A stretch of 64,000 bases of DNA, taken from NCBI GenBank assembly GCA_048013815.1, contig CM106585.1:1364001-1428000 (forward strand). The letters are read 5' to 3'. Each line of letters begins with the position of its first letter. Within the stretch, counting starts at the first letter, position 1. A program made the translations under genes and the position numbers. Below the pieces are notes generated by a model. The model was not told the DNA's origin and ran no database searches. It saw only the letters and a list, made by a program, of their open reading frames with translations. The DNA is from Setoptus koraiensis (Eukaryota; Animalia; Arthropoda). This document shows, one piece after another, positions 25,108-36,738 of this stretch.

Positions 25108-25437
25108 TTATAATTTGTTTGCGACCTTGTTTAATCCACTTTTGACGTCTTGTTTAGCGTTTTCTTTGATCATGTGTCCCAGATCTTTAGCTGTGAGCTC
25201 ATCGACCTTCAATCTTGTCTCGAAGTCGCTCAAGCGTTGCTTCTCTTTGGCAATTTCGCCTTTCAATTTTTGCTCTTCCTGTTTGTATTGGTTTGCAATT
25301 TTTTGTTCCTCGTTCTTAACTCCCTGGGCTATGTTTTGAGCTTTTTGGGCGGCAAGTTGCTGTTCCTGAGGTGAGGCTTTGGCATCGATCATGACAATTA
25401 TGCTCACAAGCAAAACGATTGACAGTATAACCTTCAT
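25108..25437 (-). CDS. Small secreted hydrophilic helical protein B2 (Lys/Gln/Glu-rich), inverted paralog of B1
   Basis: Likely start MKVILSIVLLVSIIVMIDA at 25437; collinear with B1 along its whole length. Confidence 0.85.
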   Translation of the reverse strand: MKVILSIVLLVSIIVMIDAKASPQEQQLAAQKAQNIAQGVKNEEQKIANQYKQEEQKLKGEIAKEKQRLSDFETRLKVDELTAKDLGHMIKENAKQDVKSGLNKVANKL

Positions 25438-27243
25438 TTTGATTTTTTGGAGTTTTGTTTTGTTTTTTCTAGATAAAGAAATATAAGTGACAGGTTGGGA
25501 TATCAAGAATAGGATTCGGTTAGATTGATAAGTGTGATAGTATGATGAAAATCTTGGATACTTCGACAGGCTGTTAAGAGCTACTCTTGCTCTATCTGAT
25601 TGCTTTCATCACTTACCTGTTGAGATATTTCTATTAAACTAATGAAAGTTTGCTGTCGATTGTTGATTCGTTGATTGCTGTTCCCTCGATTTCGATGAGT
25701 TTATATATTGGTCCTCTCAGAAATGGTGGCGAAGAAATGCATGAGTCAACTATTTACATTGGGTAGAGATAACAACTCTTAGTTTCGTTAACATTTATCT
25801 GTTCCATACCCTTGACAAAGGGGGAAAATATGAGTTATTTGTCTTTGTTATTTACTGAGAGAAGATCCTGCGAAAAAAATAGAAACTAACAACAATAAGT
25901 TTATTATCACACATAATCAATACTACTAGTACGACTATTTGTTTCTACCACTGACACAGACACATTGAAGCATTACAAGTTTTGAGATCTGATCAATATT
26001 TAATGCCATAGATAACTACGATTCACTCGAAAACTATAGATCATAATTTTCAGATAAATGTCAACCGCACGCGATGGATATTGAGCTAAGCGAACCGAGG
26101 CCTTTTTATTTTACTATGTCATCGGTATGAGGAAAGGAAATTGTACTGGAAACGCCGCGTTAGCTGTGGCGAAGTATGGAGAAGCAAGCCTCGCACAGTA
26201 ACGAAGATCAAGAACGCGGTAGCGCACAGGATATTCTTCAGATTTTATCACCTTGAAGCAGATGCCCCTGAGAGTCTAGTGAATTCGTTTAGCTCAATTT
26301 TTTGGTTTCCTTCAATAGGAGACGCAACATGTTTTTAGGATAAAGTGAATGATCCTCGTACTTTCATTTCGAATCTTTTCACTGAAATTTCTGACCCTTT
26401 TTGTGATCGATTTTAATCGAAAGAATGCTTTCTCGGTGATCGTTTTTTGTCTATAAAATCGATAGATTGGCTTCATTGTAGTAACAATTGAAATATAACA
26501 TTTTTCCAAACCATTTTTGTGACTGCTTTTCGGGTTTTTTCATATGGATGTCAGCGTTATGATTTTGCAAGGACCATTCTTTTTTATTTCCCACCAACAG
26601 AAACCTCAAATTTTGATCATTTAACAACACTCTATCGTTTCGGTGGTATCTTGCCAGGCAGAGGTGAAGATACAGTCACCAGGTTATTCTCTATCAATAG
26701 TATTTTCGACTTGCCATGCTGTTGAGATTTTTTAAGGGAGAATCTGTTATGTCAACTACTGCGCGTCAATTATGAAAATCGAGAAGAATATCATTCGAGA
26801 TTCTGGTGTCACAAACTGACAAAAGACAAGTTAATTATAGTAGGTAATTATATATTGAAAGTAACCGATCTAGAATTGGGATCTGTAAAAGTGACGTTCT
26901 ACAGGGACATAGATGGAGTTTAGGCTAAAAATTTAATTGATTGTGACACTATTTATTGGTCAATTTAATTGTGCAATATTCGACAGTTCCTTCTGTAATT
27001 TTATAGTCCTTTTTCACTTTGACTATCAATCATAATCAACAACTAAATAGCATCTACATTTGTTTCTCTAGCTGATGAGAGCAGGACTGAACAGCCCTGG
27101 TTAGATGACGGACCATTGGCATACGATAACTAGCGATGGTAAGCACTCGATGTCAACTACAAAAGTTGCCACCACGATAGCGATTTTGGGCCATCAATTT
27201 GTGTCTGCCAATTAAATTTTTTGTTTATCTGCCCAATGTGTGT

Positions 27244-27564
27244 TTAGTATAGATATGGGTTGCGTCCATAGCGCATAGCGAGCAATTCCTCTCGCTCAAG
27301 CTCCTCTTCTTCCAGTTCAGCTTCTTCTTCAGCTGCTAATTCTTCTTCAGCTAGACCTAGAGCTTGACGTTTAGCTAGTTGATGGGGCTTCTTTCGTTCA
27401 ATTGTGTGCTCATTATGAACGTGTTCGACATGTGCTCTTTTAACCTGGTGTTCATCGTGGTCATGAGTCACTTCGCTCTTCGATGGCTTAGAGCTTTTTG
27501 GTTTGGCTGCATCCACGACAACCATTAAACATACCAATATTACTAATGATGCTGCGACCTTCAT
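27244..27564 (-). CDS. Small secreted precursor D: His-rich pro-segments, VKR/AKR sites, poly-Glu mature peptide ending RYGRNPYLY
   Basis: Signal peptide MKVAASLVILVCLMVVVDA, of the same type as A1/A2/B2. Confidence 0.8.
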   Translation of the reverse strand: MKVAASLVILVCLMVVVDAAKPKSSKPSKSEVTHDHDEHQVKRAHVEHVHNEHTIERKKPHQLAKRQALGLAEEELAAEEEAELEEEELEREELLAMRYGRNPYLY

Positions 27565-28049
27565 TGTGACTAGTTTTTTGATAGAAAAAAAAAATGCAGT
27601 TTGGTTAATCGTTGTACCTAAAATTTAAATTCTGAAGCTTTGCAGCGTTTGCTCAATATGCAAGTCGAATGCAGCATATTAACAGCTATACAAGATAATC
27701 ACGTTGGTAATATATAGCATTCAACAATTTATTGATGCACTTAGAGCGGAATTCTTGCCATCGGTACAATCATTTCGATAGAAGTACAACAATTGAGCTT
27801 ATTTCTACTTTTAAAGTCTACTTACCTGATTACTCCTACTACTTTCTGTAATAAATTAAAGATTACTGTCAAAAATAAACCTACTAAGTTACTATCTTGC
27901 TTTCGAACATCGGTATTCCCAATATATATCAGTTTGGATGTGATAGATTAATTCACTTGTCCTCTTGATGTCCCCAGGAGAAAACAACGGTGTTTGTTTA
28001 ATCAACTTTATTTACACTGTAACTTCCACCTTGAACTTTTCAATATTAC

Positions 28050-28900
28050 TAGATGAATATTATAGAAAATTCTTTGGTTGTTAACCTTTATCATTGCAAA
28101 TGTTACTAATCGACATCTATTTTTTGTTGATCTATTCGGAAATGTCGCTAACAACCAACCAAGTCATGAATAGAGTAGATTCGAAAGGCAAGACAGCACA
28201 AATGAACATTGATTATACTTTAGTTTTTTCAATTTATTCATCTTTGTTTGTACTATCAGTCAATAGTAGGTAGTCGATATTAATGAGTGGCAGTCAGCTC
28301 GACCGAAGGTAAGATGGTTCTTCGAACATGACCGATACTTTACGTTTATGGGACAGTGTTTCCTGGTAAATCCCAAGTCGGGTCAATTTCGATCCAGGAT
28401 TGTAATCACAATTCAGGTTCGTATGAAAATCAATTACTTCCACTAGACCGGAACCTCTCGGATTTCATATTCAAGAGAGTTTCGACTCGATTTATTGCTT
28501 AGGACTCATTAGATATCGTCAAAATCAACAAACTTAGAAGGTCTTGAGGGTACCGAAAATCTAATCATCTAATAATCGACTTGTGCATCAAACGATATCC
28601 AAATCGTTCTGCTGAACGATGAGTTTCTTCGCAATGGGAGCACAGGTGATTTCTAGTGGACTAATAAGCGCTCCATTCCATATCATGGAGAATCGGGAAT
28701 CTCTAAGCATATGGAATAGACTGAAAAAATTCAGTTGATCAGTTGACCTTCGATTAATCTGAGAAGGGCCTGGAAAAATAGTGGCAGCTCGAACCTCTCA
28801 AAGGTGAACTAAACTAGAGCACCGATTCCTTTTCGAAACTTACATATTCTGTTAGTTCCAATTATCATAGTGATTATAAGCTCTAATAGAATAGCATATA
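28050..28900 (+). pseudogene. Possible decayed leucine-rich-repeat gene
   Basis: Fragments across stops and frameshifts read ILWLLTFIIANV (leader-like), LEGLEGTENLI.SNNRL and DSFSKLTYL...IISSNRI, resembling LxxLxLxxNxL. Confidence 0.3.
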
Positions 28901-29237
28901 GTAGCTGTAAGACGAATAGATCGTCGTTACAACGAAAGGTTCATTTTTCGCGGAATTTTTCGAATTGGCCTCTTTCGGACAAACTTTGTTTTCTAGGTTA
29001 ACCCATTGAATAACGAGACAATTTTTTTTTATTTGTTTGGCCCTTGGTTGTCACACGGCAGACTGCGAATAAGCAATCAAGTGGACATCAACAATAGCCA
29101 TTCTCTATTTATTAGTGCATCGGCATGTTTTAACAAGCAATTAATACTCTTCTTATTATATGAATTGGGATTAGATTTCTGGACGAAATGCCGCAAGAAT
29201 ATTATTATTATTAATCAATCATATTCTATAGCATCAA

Positions 29238-29723
29238 TCAACAGTCTTCTTCGCCACCACCGTGACCTCCCTCACAATCATCTGGACAGTCGTCATTGCA
29301 ATCTTCTCCTTTTCCCTTTACATGTCCGTGCGACTCGTCTTCGCATTCCTCTTCGGCGGGCTCCTCACAATCCTCCTCGGCTTCATGAACTGTGACTGTA
29401 TGTTTTTTTACGGGCTCCTCTTCTTCGCATTCCTCTTCGACGGGCTCCTCACAATCCTCCTCGGCTTCATGAACTGTGACTGTGTGTTTTTTTACGGGCT
29501 CCTCTTCTTCGCATTCCTCTTCGACGGGCTCGGCGACTTCTTCTTCACATGCTTCTTCACAATCGTCACCATCGCATCTTCTCACTCTGACAAGTGGCTC
29601 ATTGTCTTTGTTCGAATCTGAAGTTGTCTCTTGCTGTGCCAGTTCATCTCTACTAGCAATGGGGCCGGCACTGATTATGCAGGCCAAACTAAGCAGTGAC
29701 AGTATTGTTAGAATGAGCTTCAT
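29238..29723 (-). CDS. Small secreted precursor E: RVRR site, Glu/Asp/Cys-rich mature peptide (12 Cys) with an internal 28-aa tandem duplication
   Basis: Signal peptide MKLILTILSLLSLACIISA; the unit EPVEEECEEEEPVKKHTVTVHEAEEDCE occurs twice plus a partial third copy. Confidence 0.85.
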   Translation of the reverse strand: MKLILTILSLLSLACIISAGPIASRDELAQQETTSDSNKDNEPLVRVRRCDGDDCEEACEEEVAEPVEEECEEEEPVKKHTVTVHEAEEDCEEPVEEECEEEEPVKKHTVTVHEAEEDCEEPAEEECEDESHGHVKGKGEDCNDDCPDDCEGGHGGGEEDC

Positions 29724-30649
29724 CTTAACGGTATGATTGTGGCTTGTTTTTCAATTATTGTTTGTACGACTGTCACTAGGGGTAAGTAAATGAATTAGGT
29801 CAATTAGTTTTTCGTTACAATCAACATTAACAAAGTCAAGACGGTAAGCTAAGTTTTCTCCTGTAAGACTCACCTGTTGACTGCCCTTGATCAATTACTG
29901 TCACTATTTAGGTAAGACACTAGTGATATGCAATTCTATCTTATATATAGTGTGTGTGTATGCACTACATACACACCTGTATCAGTTTGTATTCCCAGAA
30001 TGCAGCAGAACTGAAGTATTCTCAAATTCGCGATTATTGCCATCACTCGATAGATTCTAACCTTTGTTTATTGAATATATTAAACAAATTTACTATTATG
30101 CAATATTGCTATTATGTAATAATTGAACTACGCTATTATTGGGTAGTAAATAGCGAATAAATAAAGTGGTATCTTCATACCAATTATTGACATTGGAACA
30201 TTAGTTGGCAATGTCGATTGGAGCAAGTGGCACAACTCTGGCGACTCTGGCAGTTATTTGAATTTATCCCTCTAACACGCCTACACTTTCAACTTGCACC
30301 CATTCCTTGCTCATCTAGTCGAGTGCTACTTTGGCTGGCCAATCTAGCTAATTAGTTGTCTATTTACACGTGAATCATCGTCGGTATCCCTCTGCGGTCC
30401 TGCGGAAAGGTTTCAACCGAAGATACCGTTTCGAGCGCCTCACTCTTTGCTGCCGGTTTTTCATCCATAAAGGGTACGAGGGTACAATGAAGGGTATTTA
30501 AGCCTTTACTACAGAAAATAATTGTATAGAATTAGAACCTCTGCCATTGTGATTCTAGGTAAGCTCGTGTTCAGCTGGACGTTGTTTGTCTTTGATAGGT
30601 GAGTGTATGACATATGAACTCTCATTGCCAGACTATTGCATCAGATGTT

Positions 30650-31265
30650 TGCAAAAAGTGTCTCGCGATTGTGTGAGGGTTGATGTTGATTACTTCATTA
30701 GAGGCTTGAACAAGGCAATCGTCAAACAAAGTGCTTATTGACAATTGAAAAGGTAGACAACGGGGGGTCGTTGTGTAAGAGAACGAGTGTATCTGTTGAC
30801 CAGTAGATCACATAAACGTCACTCTCTCGGATACATTGTACATACAGAGTATATATAGTGAGCATTGTTAAAAATTAGAACGATGTTGCTGTTGTCGTAA
30901 TCAAAAGTCAACGTTTGAATAGAAACAGCGATTTATTTTGTTATTTGTATCAACATTCGCAAAAAGCGAGTTCACTGGAACGTCTCGTATCGTTGACATA
31001 TCGACGCTTGAGAGAGTTAGAAAAAGAATCAAGCAGCCTCTCGATACTCGTACCGATTAGCTGTTGACGACTTTGTGTGAGAGGAGGGAGCATTTGAGCC
31101 GACAGTTAAATGCACTTGGCCGAAATCAACTGGTCAGTTGCTAACCTGCTTTGGATTTAAGGAGTGGGGTGAGGTAGTCGGTATGAGTATCGGCTAGTTT
31201 ACTTTTTGCATCGTGCAGTTTTGCACTGTCGGACACATCAGTATGTCACTAACGTCAACTCTCAC
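30650..31265 (+). repeat. Dispersed ~600-bp direct repeat, copy 1 (copy 2 at 43710-44305)
   Basis: Collinear blocks such as ACTTCATTAGAGGCTTGAACAA, AAAAGGTAGACAA.GGGGGGTC and GTTGACCAGTAGATCAC; a 90-nt core (30998-31087) matches 44035-44124 at 89/90. Confidence 0.9.
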
Positions 31266-32319
31266 ACCGACTTACTACAAATTTTTTGCCAATTCTGACG
31301 ACTGAAGTCGCACTGTCATGCAGTCGTTCATTTTATTCAAACTTCGTCCCAATGAATTATCATCCTTTATCTTATGGGAAATGGATATGGGATTTGCCAA
31401 TCCCATTTCCCATTTTAGAAAATCGGCTCCGAGGTTGCTCACCCATTTTTTTTTCATGAATTTGATTTTTCGGTATAAAAGAATAATTTCCCCGAAAAAT
31501 AAGCATTTTCAGGGAAATTAAATCATGTTTCGTGTTCCTCATAAACAGGTGAATTCGACAAGACCAGAGTTAAGTCGAAATCGGTGTCACGCAGAAAGGG
31601 TTTACCTTGTGCGATATCATCCTATTCAGTAAGTCTATTACAGATACTCACGAGAAATGGTGAGCAGTTGTATCACTATCTCATTGACATTGAAGCATTA
31701 GTCGATATCGCGACATTATCAGTAACTTTCAACTGTTAATTAGTTATCCACACACTTATCTCATAGTTAATGGCACCCATTGCGTGCCCAGAAAGTTGAC
31801 ATCATCAATGTTGTTCAGTCAAACAAACTCATCTTGGCAATGAAACCATTCGAGGTCGTTCGACGAAGCGAAGGAAAGTCATATTGATGTAATTATTATG
31901 ATAGAAATGCACGATATAGTGTTCGGCAGCTTTCAGATTGGCGATCCATTTATTTATGTAATTATCTCGTCTACCAGTTACGTTATGATACTTGAATTAA
32001 GTACAGTGTATATGCAAATAGTGATAATACGCGCGCCTATTTATTGATTGTCGATCGGCATGATCAAGTGATTAGCGACAACAATTGTCACATAATGACG
32101 TTAATTGACTCTCAATGACATCACTTGTTGATTGCGTTTGTACGATTACACAATGAGCGCATTATTATTAATTAGGTAAACACAATCATGTGATCGCCAT
32201 CTCGCTCTCTCTCTCTCTCTCTCTCTGCCCCTGTCCATCTGTGCAATCTTGCAACTTGTCAACTTGCCTATCGACTTATTACGTAATGTCCGTAACGTAA
32301 TTGGCCGTTGTTGTTCTCT

Positions 32320-34781
32320 TCATTGACTTAATCGTCGTGGCAATTGGTCTTCGTCGTTGTTGTCGTTGCCGACATGAATATTATCATTATTGTCGTCATC
32401 ATCACCATCGTCATCATCATCATCATCATCATCATCTGTCATTAGAACTACCTCAACTGTTTTATTATCGTCCAACTCACTGATTGTTTGTTGCGTTATT
32501 CTGGCATGTGCGACACTGTTGTTAGAATTATTTGACGTCAATTGTTTGCTAGATGCTTTACTGGTTGGCCCGTTGCTAAAACCACCGGCTACCACCATTC
32601 TTCTGACAATTTTTTTGTGCTTCATGCGTCGATTCTGGAACCTGTTAGTTGAGGCGAAACGAGCACAATGAACGATTGTAGTTACCTCAAAATCTGGCGA
32701 CATGAAAATGGAGATGCAATGGAAAAATTAAACTCACCAAGTCTTCACTTGTGTTTCACTCAGATCCAACTCAGCGGCCAGCTCGAATCGTTCCGGCGTA
32801 GACAGATAGCGCTGCAACTCGAACCTATGTGTCCGTGTAAAGAGAGTGGCAACCGAGGTGGCAAGACGATTTGCAGTGTGAATGAGAGTTACATTTTCTA
32901 GATTGAATCAGATTGACTTGAAAGCGGATCATCAACTCACCTGTGCTCCAGTCCGAGTAACTGTTGATCAGAGAAGACTGTGCGCGCCTTTCGACGACGC
33001 TGACCGGCCGCCAGACGATTGTTGCCCGAGAAACGGGACCGCTGGCAGAGCTGCTGTTGTTGTTGTGAATCATTTGTCAAGGAGACAAAATTATGATTAT
33101 TGTGCGACTGATGGCCGCCACTTGCTGCATTGTCCGCTGCGTATTGACGAGCTGCTATGTCCTCCTGGCCACCACCATTGCCTGTCGTCTGCTTAGCTAT
33201 AGTTGCCTTGTCCGATCTACTGGCAAATACGAGCGACGAAGCCGAGTTGCCGGATACAGGTGAGGAGCTGGGGCTCGATGTGGATGGCGAAGGTGACGAC
33301 TGTATGCGATTGATGCTCGCCTCATTGTCAGATATTGTATGTCTCTTGGCAAACGGCGACTCTTCGCCACTGTGCTTGTTATTCACCAATATAGATCTGC
33401 CTTGTAGCTGTTGTTGTTGTTGCTGTTGTTGTTGTTGTTGCTGCTGCTGCTGTTGTTGTTGCTGCTGCTGATGGTGTTGTTGTTGTTTGCAAGCGTAACC
33501 GGTAACTGATCTAGCCGTGATTGTGCCATTGTGAGGGCAAACATTGCGCGAACTTTGTTGATTGTGCAAATGTACAGTATCATTGCAACAGATTTGTTGT
33601 TGTTGTTGCCTCGGTGAACTCACCTGTTGTTGTTTGCCTGTTTGTTTGAGCTGCAATTGCTGCAACAAATGAATCTTGTCGCTTGGATCACCCAACTGCG
33701 GCGCTGTGACATTAGATTGCATTGTGGCGGTTGCTGTTGTGGGCGACGATGTTGTGGCTAGTGTTGTCATTGGTGACGATTTATTGCCAATCGCTGACAC
33801 ATCAACAGCGGCTGCCGTTAATATGGCCATCATATGACGAATGTTAGTGTTTTGGCTCAAGTCATAAACGTGCGCATAATCAGGATTGAGAATGGATGTA
33901 ATGAGCGCCGATGACAGACGCTGCTTTGAATTTGATGCGGACATCGGTGATGCAACATTATCATTTGTTGTTGCACTGTTTGTATTATCTAAAGTGTTGG
34001 TTGCAGTGCACAATCTAGATACGACGGCGTTTGTATTGCCGGCAATTGTTGACTGTTGTTGCTGTTTTGTGGCCAAAAACAGATTGCTGTTGTTGTCGAG
34101 ATAACTAACTATGTCACTGTTGTGCTGAGACTGGCAATCATCAGCTTTCAATTGATTATTTGAATATAACGACAATTGTTGTTGTTGTTGTTTACAGTCA
34201 ATTAGGTGCTGTGGCTCAAATTTAGCACACTCATGATGGTGATCTGATAATTGAGATAGATGACTATTGCGTAACTTGTTGTTAGTAACACTGTTATTGT
34301 TTTGGATGTTTTCGGTTGCTGAAGCGACGTTTTGAGCCTCCAAACATAGATTGTACGCGTTTTTGATGGCTGACGCGGACGCTTTGGTGCCTCCATTGGC
34401 ACATCTCAACAGCACCGCTGCCAAACAACTCGTGAGAGTTGTTTGTTGGTTGTGCTGACCGGCAGAATAATGTATACCAATGTCACTGTCCAATAAATCG
34501 TCGTGCATCAATATGTCACCGTGAGCGAAACCGTTAGTTGGTTTCATCAATGGCGCTCTCATAGTGTTTGTATGTTCTGTATCTGGCTGATGACGATGAT
34601 GATGACGATGAGGCTGCTGCTGCTGATGATGATGATAGCCGGTGGTCGCAATTATTGACGCGTCCGGTTGATTGATTGAGCATCTGTTCGACTGTTTGCC
34701 ACTATTGTTGCTGTGGCTCAGTATATCTTTCACATAGAAAGACGATGGCGACGACGACGACGAAGACGACGACGATGACAT
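32320..34781 (-). CDS. bsh: Brain-specific homeobox protein (Bsh/BSX), exons 34781-32941, 32824-32738, 32641-32320 (~749 aa)
   Basis: The spliced homeodomain [59 protein letters not shown] is Bsh/BSX type. Both introns are GT-AG with consistent phase 2. N-terminal eh1-like SFYVKDIL; poly-Gln tract. Confidence 0.93.
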
Positions 34782-35321
34782 TTTCGAGCTTCGCTTCTCC
34801 TGCAAACTATCGACTAATTAGCTAATTACTGTTGACTAGTCAGCTAGTTACTATTGGCTAGTCAGCTGGCAAGCTTGCAAATTATTGATAATTGATAATA
34901 ATAGGCAGCTTGTTCCTAGCCAATTGTGCAACTTGTGTTCGTATTGATCTTACGTAACGTGTGCGTTAGATAAAATGACAGAGGAAACTGGCAGCACCAT
35001 CTATGAAACGATCTGTGCCAACCAACTTGTGCACACGTATGCGCATGAGATCACTATGCAACTGTGACTATATGCAAATTTGATGACTATCTTTGAGCTT
35101 GTTAATGTCGTCATTATATCACCTGACTTGATATAGGTATAGGTAAGCTGACAGTTGTGTCAGACACTTTTACTAGTTAGTTTAGTATGTGTGTCAGCTT
35201 ATTATGTGATATCAAACAAACCAAATACATAATATATAGACTCAAGTGTTGGCACACATTTTGCGCGCGCTAAAATCATGCGCATTAGCGACCTATCGCC
35301 ACTAGGTACCATTCACTTCAG

Positions 35322-35373
35322 CAATTGTCATTTGGGGCTCATGTGGCCCCCATGTGGCCCCAAATGACGATTG
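35322..35373. other. Inverted repeat / stem-loop upstream of bsh
   Basis: CAATTGTCATTTGGGG ... CCCCAAATGACGATTG (15/16 complementary), extendable inward through GC/CATG pairs. Confidence 0.6.
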
Positions 35374-35558
35374 TCAATAATGATACCTATGCTAGTCAGC
35401 TGATCAGCTAACAACCGAGCCTTGTGACAGTAGCGATAGGACACAACAATGACTGGATGATCCCGTTCATTTATGGCGCACATCAACAACAGTCAAGTGA
35501 ATAACAGCAATGATAATAATAATCAATTGATTTGTTGCTGATTACTGTTGTTGTTGCT

Positions 35559-35632
35559 GCTGTTGTTGTCGTTGCTGTTGTCGTTGCTGTTGTCGTTGCT
35601 GTTGTCGTTGCTGTTGTCGTCGCTGTTGTCGT
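35559..35632. repeat. 12-bp tandem repeat (GTTGCTGTTGTC)x~6
   Basis: Directly visible. Confidence 0.9.
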
Positions 35633-36694
35633 GGACCAATGAAAGTGTCACCATCACCTGTCATCCGTCAATTGGTATTACGAGACACACTCATGAAAGC
35701 TCATTTAATTCACTCACTTTCAGCATATATGTTTATCCAATGTGTTGGTGTGTTCATTGGTTAATAATGAGAACTGGTCGCTTCACACAAATTAGACACT
35801 AACAGCCATGTGACAACAGAAACATACTTTCGATTGTTGTCATTCAATTATAATGATGCATGACAAATAAGCAACAATAATAATTGCATCATCTGATGCC
35901 ACTTGTCTGCACTTGCAACGATCTGCAGTCTACTGACACTAACTAATAATGACTATTAATATTAATAGACTATAATAGAAGATAAGTAGCATTACAACGA
36001 CCGCCACCACGACCACGACAAATAGCTCTCAAGTTTGCAACAGCAACAACAACAACAAGCAGCTCATTAGCGATGGTCGTTGTGGCCTGGCTGTTGTCGT
36101 TTCTGCTGTGGCCGTTGGTGGTGCTGTTGTGGCTGTTGTTGTTGTGGTGCTGTTGTGGCTGTTGTTGTGGTGGTGGTGGTGGCCAAATGGCGGTAATCAT
36201 GCCTATCATCATCATTGCTCATTGATTGTTGTTGTTGGTGGTTGTTGTGAGCCGTTGTTGTGCACGCTTGTTGTTATGTAGGTTACCAACAGCCTTTATC
36301 CTGGCACGAGGCACGCATTTTGATCACTAATGATCGCCTGTTTTGATCTGACAATGTTGCAAATCCACTCATATGGTTGCAATAGACACAAATAGTGTGT
36401 CAACCACAACCATTGTGTCAACTCGCTATATCCGCTTCTACTGCTAAATGTGATGTAACAGTAACTGTATTTATTGTCAGCTGTTACCAACACTAATCAG
36501 GTTGTGTAAGTTGTTCAATTTAATAATAGAGCGCAGCAATCTAATCTGATTGTTGACGACCATCACATGTCACAGTGGAGCCAAAGTGTGCAAAAAGTGT
36601 CAATCGCAATTAGTTTAACACTAATGATACACCCTATATAATGTGTTGATAAGCACCATTCACAGCAAGCTTTGTTTGGCTGGTTTGTGGGTCG

Positions 36695-36738
36695 GTCGGT
36701 TGGTCAGTCGGTTGGTCAGTCGGTTGGTCAGTCGGTTG
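36695..36738. repeat. 12-bp tandem repeat (GTCGGTTGGTCA)x~3.7
   Basis: Directly visible. Confidence 0.9.

Noticed and set aside
31170-31191. TGAGGTAGTCGGT resembling let-7
   Set aside because: No complementary arm, and not conserved in the second copy of the repeat.
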